From an uncultured bacterium (lineage in GTDB: Bacteria > Hydrothermota > Tepidihabitantia > SM23-42), in assembly GCA_964419565.1 (NCBI GenBank), contig CAYQPW010000002.1, forward strand, positions 63,745 to 88,289: 24,545 nucleotides of DNA, in the 5' to 3' direction. Positions within the stretch are counted from its first letter, which is position 1. Each line of letters starts with the position of its first letter. A program made the position numbers and the translations under genes. This document shows, one piece after another, positions 1-8,096 of the stretch. Below the pieces are notes generated by a model. It did not search any database, was not told the DNA's origin, and worked only from the letters and a program-made list of their open reading frames with translations.

Positions 1-68
1 CTTCAGTGTCAATGTAAAGTGTTTAGATTTGACCCCATTAAATCCCGCTCATTTGTGATCGGCATAGA

Positions 69-959
69 TTATGAGATCCTGGTACCGAATTTTTTACGTA
101 CCTGGTACCAGAATGTAGTTATCGACTTGATCTTTCTAATATTTTTTTCAGTTGCCGCGCGTCCGATCTTAATGAGTTCATCGACCGCGGCAAAATCAGC
201 CCAGTGAAAATCGTGGACTTCTGGTTTGATAGTAAGATCGACCGGCTCGAGTATTTTCTGGTCAAGATGATAACGGATAAAGGATTGAGCACGGCGGCTG
301 ATCTGAAATCCGGTGTCAGGATGACCTTTGAATTGAGGCTGGTTACCAAGGTAACTCGCGAGCACTACCGACGCACCGAGATCCATGACCGGTCTGACCG
401 GGATATTATCGATGACCCCGCCGTCAACAAGTATGCGATCATCCTTTACAAAGGGCGGGAAAATACCCGGTATCGCACAACTCGACCAGACTGCTTCGAG
501 GAGCGAGCCCTTTTTAAATACCACTTCGTCACCTGACTGGATATCAAGAGCATTACAGGTAAAAGCGATCTTGCAGTCGCTAAAAGTTTTATCACCGAAA
601 AGATTGTGGAACATTTTCTTGGCAGCCTCGGTTTTGATATGAGCTTTCTTAAATAACAAACGACCGATATAGAATTTTTCAAAGACTTCTTGTTTAAACC
701 TCTCCAGGATATTTTCAGAATCCTTGTAAAATTCATCGAGACCAAAATTTTTAAATTCCTCAGAATCGATCATGTTTATCGCTTTTTCTTTAAGATTTTT
801 CGCGGTGCCGTCAAGCGCATAGATCCCGCCGATTATCGAACCGATCGATGTTCCGGCCACAAAATGTGGTTTGATATTATGTTCTTCAAGGACTTCAAGC
901 ACCCCGATATGCGCCAGACCTTTTGCGCCACCGCCGCCCAGAGCGATACCGAGTTTCAT
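69..959 (-). CDS. Patatin-like phospholipase (RssA/COG1752-like)
   Basis: 296-aa ORF. It has the oxyanion-hole motif GIALGGGGAKG, the nucleophile-elbow G-T-S-x-G (GTSIGSIIGG) and a later DGG Asp motif (VDGGVIDN), i.e. the patatin Ser-Asp dyad arrangement. There is a 6-nt gap to the upstream GGDEF gene on the same strand. Confidence 0.85.
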   Translation of the reverse strand: MKLGIALGGGGAKGLAHIGVLEVLEEHNIKPHFVAGTSIGSIIGGIYALDGTAKNLKEKAINMIDSEEFKNFGLDEFYKDSENILERFKQEVFEKFYIGRLLFKKAHIKTEAAKKMFHNLFGDKTFSDCKIAFTCNALDIQSGDEVVFKKGSLLEAVWSSCAIPGIFPPFVKDDRILVDGGVIDNIPVRPVMDLGASVVLASYLGNQPQFKGHPDTGFQISRRAQSFIRYHLDQKILEPVDLTIKPEVHDFHWADFAAVDELIKIGRAATEKNIRKIKSITTFWYQVRKKFGTRIS

Positions 960-965
960 AAATGA

Positions 966-2945
966 TCAATCCTCACTGGCCAAAGCTTGATCATCTTTGT
1001 CGAGCATATGGGCAACAACGACTTTGTTACGGCCCAGATCTTTTGCCCGGTACAAAGAGCGGTCTGCTTTTTCAACGAGATCTTCCTTGGTTTCTGCATC
1101 GTTTGGATAATGGGCAAGACCGATACTGATCGTTATGTAAATATCACGGTCATTGATCTTGATCGCCATCTTCTCGATATTCGATCTTATGCGCACGGCT
1201 CGATCAATACCCTTTTTCAAAGAAGTATTGGGTAAAATAAGGGCAAATTCCTCACCCCCATAACGCGCAGCAATACCGGTCCGTGAGATCAGGTTTGAAA
1301 GGGTGATCAAAACCTTATCACCGGCTCGATGTCCATACCCATCATTGATCTTTTTAAAGTGATCGATATCGATCATTAAAAGGACAAAATCATCTCCTTC
1401 ATCGATCAGTTTCTGCAGCATTTCATGGAATTGCCGGTGATTATATAGATTTGTAAGCCCATCGAGCGCTGCTTTTTCCTTTTCTTGCTGATGGTGGATA
1501 GCCCGCTGCCACACTAAACTCAAGTGTGACGCTAAGATATTGACCGGTTCAACATCTTCTGCCTTGAATCTCTTCTTTTTGCTGTCCTCGCACCACAAGA
1601 CACCGAGCAGACGGTCATCCTGCATGATCGGTACGCCGATAAAAGAAAGATTACGGGTTTTCTCGCTCTTTTTGAAAACGACCAATCTCCCCTGACTTAG
1701 ATCTTCTTTTATGATATAATTTCTGTGCCGGGCGATAAAACCAACGAGACCGTCTTCGAGCGAAAACTCGGTATTTTCTTTAATATAAGTAGATTTGATC
1801 ACAGTACCGCATTCATTCAGTTCATCGATCTCCGCGATTGAAACATCATTACATTTGAGCACGTCTTGAAATGATTGTATCGCACTGGGCAGGATCATCT
1901 CGAGATCCAGACCCCGGTGCAAACGCATCGCAAACTCAGCGATCGAATCAAGGTAGGCAGCTTTAAACCATTGCTTTTCATACAATTGCAGCATCCCCAG
2001 CATGTACCCGGCTGTTTTTACGGCTTCATCAAAGAGCTCTTTATCCTTATCAATAAAGGGTTCATCTTTGCGATCGATAACGAGCACACCTTCAGTCCTT
2101 TCAAGCAGAATGATCGGCGCGATCATGACCGATGCGATCTTTAATTCACCTTTATAATAACCGAGTTCCTCGGGGTCCTGGAAGAATTCCTTAATGAGAA
2201 CGGTTTTATCTGAAGCCATGATCTGACGGTAGATGCCTGATTTCAGACTAACGACCGCCCCTCGCTTGAATAACTCTGATTTTGAAAAACCCTGGACCAA
2301 GACAAGATTATCATCGGTCTTAGCAAAAAAAGCGATCGAGAAAGCATCAAAAAGTTTGTGGATGAATTTTATATAATAAAGCAAAGGACGCTCAACACCC
2401 TTATGCTTGTCGATCTCCTCGATCGCGGTCGTAACTGTTTTAGCGTCAAAATCAGCCGGTCGAAAAACATCATCACGCGCTTCGTATTTTATCAATGACT
2501 TTTTTAAAAACGCTGCGTTCCTGGCATAATTGCCAGCGAGCAGACCGAAAACAATGATCGCGGTTGCCAATATGACAAGATGTAAAATACTTATTTCGTG
2601 GCTAAAGACCGCAGACATTGTTTCAATGACAAACAGACTCGAAGCGATGATCCAGTAATTAGTATATTTTTCTTTATAGCCTATTATCGGTAAAACTATC
2701 GCATAGGCAATGAAAAGCGGTGAATCAAAGCCGCCGGTCATTTGAACGGCCAGATTCACCAGAATCGCACCGATCATGGTTTGGAATAGTTGGATCTTCT
2801 TTTGTGCCGTATAAAATAAATAATATATCGTGATAACGACTGGGAAAATATAAAGAAAATAACCGGGTAACTGCAGTCTTAGAACACCGATGCTGATGAT
2901 AACAGCATAGATAATTGCGATCAGGTAAAAGATCTTTATTCCCAT
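966..2945 (-). CDS. Membrane-anchored GAF-domain diguanylate cyclase (GGDEF)
   Basis: 659-aa ORF. The first ~150 aa are hydrophobic (several predicted TM helices). A central region resembles GAF, and the C-terminal GGDEF domain has the active-site RYGGEEF. The FKKINDGYGHRAGD motif keeps the Asn/Asp that contact guanine in canonical DGCs. The position of the RxxD I-site (5 aa before GGEEF) reads SRTG, so it is degenerate. The gene overlaps guaA by 10 nt. Confidence 0.85.
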   Translation of the reverse strand: MGIKIFYLIAIIYAVIISIGVLRLQLPGYFLYIFPVVITIYYLFYTAQKKIQLFQTMIGAILVNLAVQMTGGFDSPLFIAYAIVLPIIGYKEKYTNYWIIASSLFVIETMSAVFSHEISILHLVILATAIIVFGLLAGNYARNAAFLKKSLIKYEARDDVFRPADFDAKTVTTAIEEIDKHKGVERPLLYYIKFIHKLFDAFSIAFFAKTDDNLVLVQGFSKSELFKRGAVVSLKSGIYRQIMASDKTVLIKEFFQDPEELGYYKGELKIASVMIAPIILLERTEGVLVIDRKDEPFIDKDKELFDEAVKTAGYMLGMLQLYEKQWFKAAYLDSIAEFAMRLHRGLDLEMILPSAIQSFQDVLKCNDVSIAEIDELNECGTVIKSTYIKENTEFSLEDGLVGFIARHRNYIIKEDLSQGRLVVFKKSEKTRNLSFIGVPIMQDDRLLGVLWCEDSKKKRFKAEDVEPVNILASHLSLVWQRAIHHQQEKEKAALDGLTNLYNHRQFHEMLQKLIDEGDDFVLLMIDIDHFKKINDGYGHRAGDKVLITLSNLISRTGIAARYGGEEFALILPNTSLKKGIDRAVRIRSNIEKMAIKINDRDIYITISIGLAHYPNDAETKEDLVEKADRSLYRAKDLGRNKVVVAHMLDKDDQALASED

Positions 2946-4444
2946 TCGATAGTCGCCGGCGGTTTCGATGTAATGTCGAAGACGACCCGGTTTATGCCCT
3001 TAACTTCATTGGCGATCCGGCGCGCAACGCGTCCGAGAAATTCTTGCGGCAGCCTGACCCAATCAGCGGTCATGCCGTCCTCAGAACAAACCGCCCGGAT
3101 CGCACAGACCGAATCGTATGTTCTTTTGTCGCCCATTACACCGACACTGCCTAAAGGCAAAAGCACCGCAAAAATTTGCCAGATATCGCCATACATTTTC
3201 AGTTTGCTCGCTTCAGCGATGAGTATTTTGTCTGCCTGCCGCAAAATATTCAATCGTTTTTCAGTCACCGGTCCAACGATCCTCACCGCAAGACCTGGAC
3301 CCGGAAATGGTTTGCGCCCGATAAAAGAAGCCGGTAATTTAAGTAAACGACCAAGCTTGCGTACTTCATCCTTAAAAAGAGGCCTGAGCGGCTCGATGAC
3401 TTTCAAACGCATTTTTCGCGGTAGACCACCAACATTATGGTGGCTTTTTATTACCGCCGATGGACCGATACCCTTACCCGATTCGATCACATCAGGATAT
3501 AATGTGCCCTGAACCAAAAACTTGATGTTTTTGATCTTCCTTGCTTCGGATTCAAAGATACGGATGAATTCACGACCGATGATCTTCCTTTTTCTTTCCG
3601 GATTTTTTACGTCCGCCAATTTTCGGAGAAAGCTCTTTTTGGCATTCACTACTTTGAGGTTGATGCGAGAACCGATCGTCTGCATGACTTCTTCTTTTTC
3701 CCGATGACGCAAAAGACCATTATCGACAAAAATCCCGATAAAATTCTTGCCCACTGCTCTGGTCGTCAATGCGGCAGCAACGGTTGAATCAATGCCTCCA
3801 CTGACCGCACAAAGGACTTTATCGCGACCAACCGCACGCTTGATATTATCGACCTGTTCATCGATAAATTTGTCCATCGACCATGCTTTTTTGGCCTTGC
3901 ATACTGAAGTGACAAAATTATTGATGATCTTCTTGCCGTACTGCGTGTGATGGACTTCAGGATGAAACTGCAGTCCGTAGATATTGCCCAGCCTGAAACC
4001 TGCTATCGGCGTTGCTTTGGTCTGGGCGATCACCTGGGCATCAGACGGCAGGGATTCCACTGAATCACCGTGACTCATCCAGACATTGAAACGATTCGGT
4101 AGTCTGGCAAATAAAGGCACACTTTTCGCAGTAATGACTGCGTGACCATATTCCCGTGTCTTGCTGTGTTTTACGACTCCGCCAAGCATCTGCGCAGTAA
4201 GTTGCATACCATAACAGATCCCGAGGATGGGTACGCCCAGCTCAAAGAAATCCCTCGATAGATAATAGCGTTTCTGGTAGACGCTACCAGGACCTCCAGA
4301 GAATATCAGTCCTTCGATATCCTTGTTCTCGAGTTCATCGATATCAATGAGATGGCTGTATATCTCCGAATATACTCTGCATTCCCTTACCCGACGGGCA
4401 ATGAGCTGAGTATACTGAGAGCCAAAATCAATGACCGCGATCAT
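2936..4444 (-). CDS. guaA: GMP synthase (glutamine-hydrolysing)
   Basis: 502 aa. The N-terminal class-I glutamine amidotransferase carries the catalytic Cys in GICYGMQL. The ATP pyrophosphatase P-loop is SGGIDSTV. The C-terminal dimerisation tail ends ...KPPATIEWE, typical of GuaA. Confidence 0.95.
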   Translation of the reverse strand: MIAVIDFGSQYTQLIARRVRECRVYSEIYSHLIDIDELENKDIEGLIFSGGPGSVYQKRYYLSRDFFELGVPILGICYGMQLTAQMLGGVVKHSKTREYGHAVITAKSVPLFARLPNRFNVWMSHGDSVESLPSDAQVIAQTKATPIAGFRLGNIYGLQFHPEVHHTQYGKKIINNFVTSVCKAKKAWSMDKFIDEQVDNIKRAVGRDKVLCAVSGGIDSTVAAALTTRAVGKNFIGIFVDNGLLRHREKEEVMQTIGSRINLKVVNAKKSFLRKLADVKNPERKRKIIGREFIRIFESEARKIKNIKFLVQGTLYPDVIESGKGIGPSAVIKSHHNVGGLPRKMRLKVIEPLRPLFKDEVRKLGRLLKLPASFIGRKPFPGPGLAVRIVGPVTEKRLNILRQADKILIAEASKLKMYGDIWQIFAVLLPLGSVGVMGDKRTYDSVCAIRAVCSEDGMTADWVRLPQEFLGRVARRIANEVKGINRVVFDITSKPPATIEWE

Positions 4445-4445
4445 G

Positions 4446-6494
4446 CTATTGCACAGTTTTTTCCAATGCCTTTGAAGCGAGTTTCTTCAGATAACGATCT
4501 TCTGCTTGAGCCAGTTCGTTGAGTGTAGATATTAGATCATGGGATCGCATTTTCAAAAGGGTTGCGATACCAAGCTCTTTGAGGCTACGCGCGGCTGAAT
4601 CATTTCTTTCCTGTAATGATAACAGTATTTCCTTTATCCAACCAGCGGCTTCGAATAAGGTTTTATCTTCAATTATCTTAAGAACCTCAATATAAACTTC
4701 ATCTCCAGTATCTTTGAAGCGCGGTAATAGCCGGACGAACTCCTCGGAGGCCAACTTCTTTTTTAATCCTCTCAGGGCTTCTGCCTGGACCTCGACGGAC
4801 GCATCATGCAATGCCTTTAGCAGTCCTTCGGTATACTCAAGTCGTGTAAAAGTTTTCACCAATTCAAGACGGACGCGGTAGTCATCATCTGCAAGAAGGG
4901 GTTCAAGCTGTACAGTTATTGCCGGAGTTCCGATATCGCTGAGAATAGTAAGGATATTTCTCCGCAAATACCATTCAGGTGCACCCAAATTCTTGAGCAG
5001 GATCGTGGTGCTTTTTTCACCGATATTTTTCATGATATCGACGAGTCTCATACGGATATTATAATCCTCAACATCACGCAATGTAATGATCGCCTGATTT
5101 ACAGCCGCCGCACCGAATTTCACGATCGCAGTTCTTACCTCGGGATAGATGCCACTCTCCCATACCATTGAAAAGAGTAAAGATAGCCCAAGGGGGTGTC
5201 CGGTCTCGCCCAAAAAGTGTATGATCTCTGTCTTGAAAGAAGAGCTGATCGCCTCTTTTGACAGGATTGTGTTGAAGGGTTCAAGAAGCCTGGTGCAGAA
5301 ATCTTTCTGGCGATGTTCTCTGCATACATGATAAAGCAGAGATAGATCGTTAAAAACCTGTTCGATAGATTCGACGATGGGTTCCCTCTCAAGCCCTGTG
5401 GAAATTCGTGCAATGATCGTCTTGGCAATATCGTAACTGCCCTGTACGACAAATCGATTAGCCAGTACCGCGAGTGATCTGAGAGCAGTCTCCCGGGTGG
5501 TGACATTCTCAGAATCGAGCATCGCGAAATAAGGTTCAACGGTCATACGTAAATCGTCTTCAGTAACCACTGACGCAAGTTTGTCGCTGAGCAGTAATTT
5601 CACGCCCGTATATGCAAGATGCTCGAATATTTTCGGCATCTTGTTTTTAAGAGCCGGAACCATGCGGGAAAGTTTGTCTTCATCCATCGCACGCAGCAAT
5701 TTATGGATATTCGTCTCTTTGTTGCGGTCAACCCAATCAGTTATCACGCTGAGCAGAAAATCATCATTCGCACCGGACAATAAATTCAGTAAAAATGGTT
5801 GCATATCCATATTCTGAAAGAGCTTCAGCCGTTGTTCAGGGGGCATCATCTGGAGTATCTCGGCGACAGTTTTGCTGTATGTTTTGCGTGATTCCTCTGG
5901 TGTTTCTTCAATATGATCGACAACCTTACCCAGATCCTTTTGCATCTCTGATACTGGCAAGCCCTTTTCGACAAAGGTCTTGAGATTATGAAGAGCGCCT
6001 AAGATATCTTCTTTTGTTTTAACGGATTCTTTGTCGACACCGGCTACCTGCACGGTCCCGCTCGTCTGAACGCCAAATTTCACCGCATTGATCTTTATCA
6101 AACGAGTACCTTTTGTATCGAGCATCGTTGCCGCGTCACCATACTGTTTGATCTTCATTTTTGGTGTTGCCATAAGTTCTAAAAGGTTCCGTAGATCTTG
6201 TGCTGTAACGCCTGATGCAAAAGACAGACTGTCGACTTCGATCTTGCGCAATGCATCAAGCATAGTAAGCACTGCGGGATTCTTTTGTACATCGATCTTT
6301 ATATCCTGAAAAATAACGGTCTGTTCCAAGAAAAACATAGAAAAATCGCTGATTTGACTATACACGATCGATAATTGCTCCTGCAATTTGTCGACGACTT
6401 TGTCCATCACTGGATGGCCTGGCGGGTATGATTTTGCAGTTCGAAATGATACAGCGATCTCTTTTAAGAAGTCATTGACAACTGCTTGCTCCAC
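4446..6494 (-). CDS. Hypothetical protein with C-terminal HEAT-like repeats
   Basis: 682-aa ORF with consistent coding statistics. The C-terminal third has HEAT/PBS-lyase-like repeats (…LRRNILTILSDIGTPA…DDDYRVRLELVKTF…DASVEVQAEALRGL…). Its stop codon is separated by 1 nt from the guaA start codon. No catalytic motif was recognised. Confidence 0.6.
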   Translation of the reverse strand: MEQAVVNDFLKEIAVSFRTAKSYPPGHPVMDKVVDKLQEQLSIVYSQISDFSMFFLEQTVIFQDIKIDVQKNPAVLTMLDALRKIEVDSLSFASGVTAQDLRNLLELMATPKMKIKQYGDAATMLDTKGTRLIKINAVKFGVQTSGTVQVAGVDKESVKTKEDILGALHNLKTFVEKGLPVSEMQKDLGKVVDHIEETPEESRKTYSKTVAEILQMMPPEQRLKLFQNMDMQPFLLNLLSGANDDFLLSVITDWVDRNKETNIHKLLRAMDEDKLSRMVPALKNKMPKIFEHLAYTGVKLLLSDKLASVVTEDDLRMTVEPYFAMLDSENVTTRETALRSLAVLANRFVVQGSYDIAKTIIARISTGLEREPIVESIEQVFNDLSLLYHVCREHRQKDFCTRLLEPFNTILSKEAISSSFKTEIIHFLGETGHPLGLSLLFSMVWESGIYPEVRTAIVKFGAAAVNQAIITLRDVEDYNIRMRLVDIMKNIGEKSTTILLKNLGAPEWYLRRNILTILSDIGTPAITVQLEPLLADDDYRVRLELVKTFTRLEYTEGLLKALHDASVEVQAEALRGLKKKLASEEFVRLLPRFKDTGDEVYIEVLKIIEDKTLFEAAGWIKEILLSLQERNDSAARSLKELGIATLLKMRSHDLISTLNELAQAEDRYLKKLASKALEKTVQ

Positions 6495-6520
6495 ACTCTA
6501 TTGTAAACAGATTTTACATC

Positions 6521-6548
6521 TTGTCAACTTCATAAAAAAATGTATAAT
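6521..6548 (+). promoter_or_regulatory. Sigma70-type promoter for the nucleotide-sugar dehydrogenase
   Basis: TTGTCA (6521-6526), a 16-nt spacer, then TATAAT (6543-6548). SD AGGAGA lies at 6561-6566 and the ATG at 6575. Confidence 0.5.
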
Positions 6549-6574
6549 AAAAGGACTTTAAGGAGAGAACTATA

Positions 6575-7873
6575 ATGAAATCTTTAATAAAAAAGAATAA
6601 AATCAAGGTGGGTATAATCGGTCTTGGTTACGTGGGTCTACCACTTGCTGTTGAGATAGCTAACAAAGGCGCAAGAGTTTATGGTTTTGACATAGACAGC
6701 ACCAAAGTCAATCAGGTGAATCGCGGTATATCAATGATAAACGATGTTGGATCGACCGTATTGAAAAAACTTATAAAAAGGAAGAAAATAAAAGCAACAA
6801 CTAATTTTAAGGAATTAAAGCTCTGCGATATCATCCTGATATGTGTACCGACCCCGGTCGACGAGAACAAAGAACCGGATCTAAAACCAGTTATTGACAG
6901 CGCGCATGAGATTAAAAAGAACCTGCGCCGGGGACAGCTGGTCATTTTGAAAAGCACGACATACCCGGAAACTACTGAGAAGGTGGTATTACCTATTTTA
7001 ATGGAAACGGGTTTTAAAGTGGGTAAGGATTTTTATCTCGCCTTTTGTCCAGAAAGAATCGATCCTGGAAATAAAAGGTTCGGCGTTGAAAATACACCGA
7101 CAGTGATCGGTGGAGTTACCAAAAAATGTACTGAACTAGCTACTATCTTTTATCGTAAATATGTAAGTGATGTTCATCGAGTGAGCTCTCCGCGCGCTGC
7201 TGAAATGACAAAACTCTTGGAAAATACTTTTAGAAATGTAAATATCGCTTTAGTAAATGAGTTTGCCCAGCTATGTGAAAGAATGGGCGGTATTGATATC
7301 TGGGAAGTCATCGAAGCAGCAAAAAGCAAACCTTTTGGGTACATGGCTTTTTATCCAGGGCCTGGCGTGGGCGGACACTGCATCCCGATCGATCCATACT
7401 ATCTATCATGGAAAGCAAGAGAGTATGATTTCCATACGGTTTTCATCGAGCTCTCCGCACGTATCAATGAAGAAATGCCATATTTTGTCGTTAACAAGAC
7501 GATAAATGAACTGAGCAAATCAGGTGTTTGCCCCAGTAAATCAAAAGTTCTTCTCCTCGGCATGGCCTTCAAAAAAGATATCTCTGATCTGCGTGCATCG
7601 CCGGCCATCAAGGTCTATCAAACCATTAAATCAAAAGTAGCCGTGGTAAAATATCACGACCCACATGTTTCGCAGTTCCGCATTGACCGCAAAGTCATAA
7701 GGTCAGTTAAGTTGACGAGCAGCGAATTGAAGAAATACGATGTCGTTATAATCCTTACAGACCATAGCGCATTTGACTATGATTTCATAGTCAAACACGC
7801 CAGATTAGTCATCGATACGCGGAATGCGATAAAGAAAAAGCACAAGAAAATCAGGAAACTGGGAGTCTTGTAG
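6575..7873 (+). CDS. Nucleotide-sugar dehydrogenase (UDP-glucose/GDP-mannose dehydrogenase family; UDP-N-acetyl-D-mannosamine/glucosamine dehydrogenase-like)
   Basis: 432 aa. The N-terminal Rossmann motif is GIIGLGYVGLPLA and the catalytic Cys sits in GGHCIPIDPYYL. The central and C-terminal domains are typical of WecC/TviB/WbpA-type enzymes. The gene has its own promoter and terminator. Confidence 0.9.
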   Translation: MKSLIKKNKIKVGIIGLGYVGLPLAVEIANKGARVYGFDIDSTKVNQVNRGISMINDVGSTVLKKLIKRKKIKATTNFKELKLCDIILICVPTPVDENKEPDLKPVIDSAHEIKKNLRRGQLVILKSTTYPETTEKVVLPILMETGFKVGKDFYLAFCPERIDPGNKRFGVENTPTVIGGVTKKCTELATIFYRKYVSDVHRVSSPRAAEMTKLLENTFRNVNIALVNEFAQLCERMGGIDIWEVIEAAKSKPFGYMAFYPGPGVGGHCIPIDPYYLSWKAREYDFHTVFIELSARINEEMPYFVVNKTINELSKSGVCPSKSKVLLLGMAFKKDISDLRASPAIKVYQTIKSKVAVVKYHDPHVSQFRIDRKVIRSVKLTSSELKKYDVVIILTDHSAFDYDFIVKHARLVIDTRNAIKKKHKKIRKLGVL

Positions 7874-7947
7874 TCAAAAAAACATCCACAATATAAGCTC
7901 AATACAACGCCAGAGAATAGCTGACAATATTGGAAAAACCCTCCAAA

Positions 7948-7995
7948 CCCCTTCCGGCCGCGACCCGCAGGTCGCGACCGGGAGGGGAAATGTTT
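7948..7995. terminator. GC-rich hairpin, probably a bidirectional intrinsic terminator between convergent genes
   Basis: CCCCTTCCGGCCGCGACC-cgca-GGTCGCGACCGGGAGGGG forms an 18-bp stem with 2 mismatches. On the + strand it is followed by aaatgtttct. On the - strand it is followed by tttggagggtttttcc, which contains a T5 run. It sits between the dehydrogenase (+) stop and the mutS (-) stop. Confidence 0.6.
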
Positions 7996-8096
7996 CTAAT
8001 ATTTAGACACCTGAAGCTATCGGCGGTTTATTATCTTCGTGCTCATTATAACAAAAAATACTTAAGTGTCAAGTAGTAAAAATACTGTTTTTTTGA

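Noticed and set aside
69-1000. Apparent excess of GATC/ATCGAT palindromes
   Set aside because: It is conspicuous in the first kb but not reproduced in other segments I spot-checked (e.g. 9.0-9.6 kb). It probably reflects Ile-Asp/Asp-Arg codon pairs. Observed/expected k-mer statistics would be needed before any claim.
2973-3512. 179-aa + strand ORF inside guaA
   Set aside because: It is antisense to the strongly supported guaA, and its Ser/Arg/Pro-rich composition is typical of a shadow ORF.
7948-7987. GC-rich 18-bp-stem hairpin considered as a REP-like repeat or small RNA
   Set aside because: It is a single copy in the window and sits exactly between convergent stop codons with T-runs on both sides. 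An intrinsic bidirectional terminator is the parsimonious reading.
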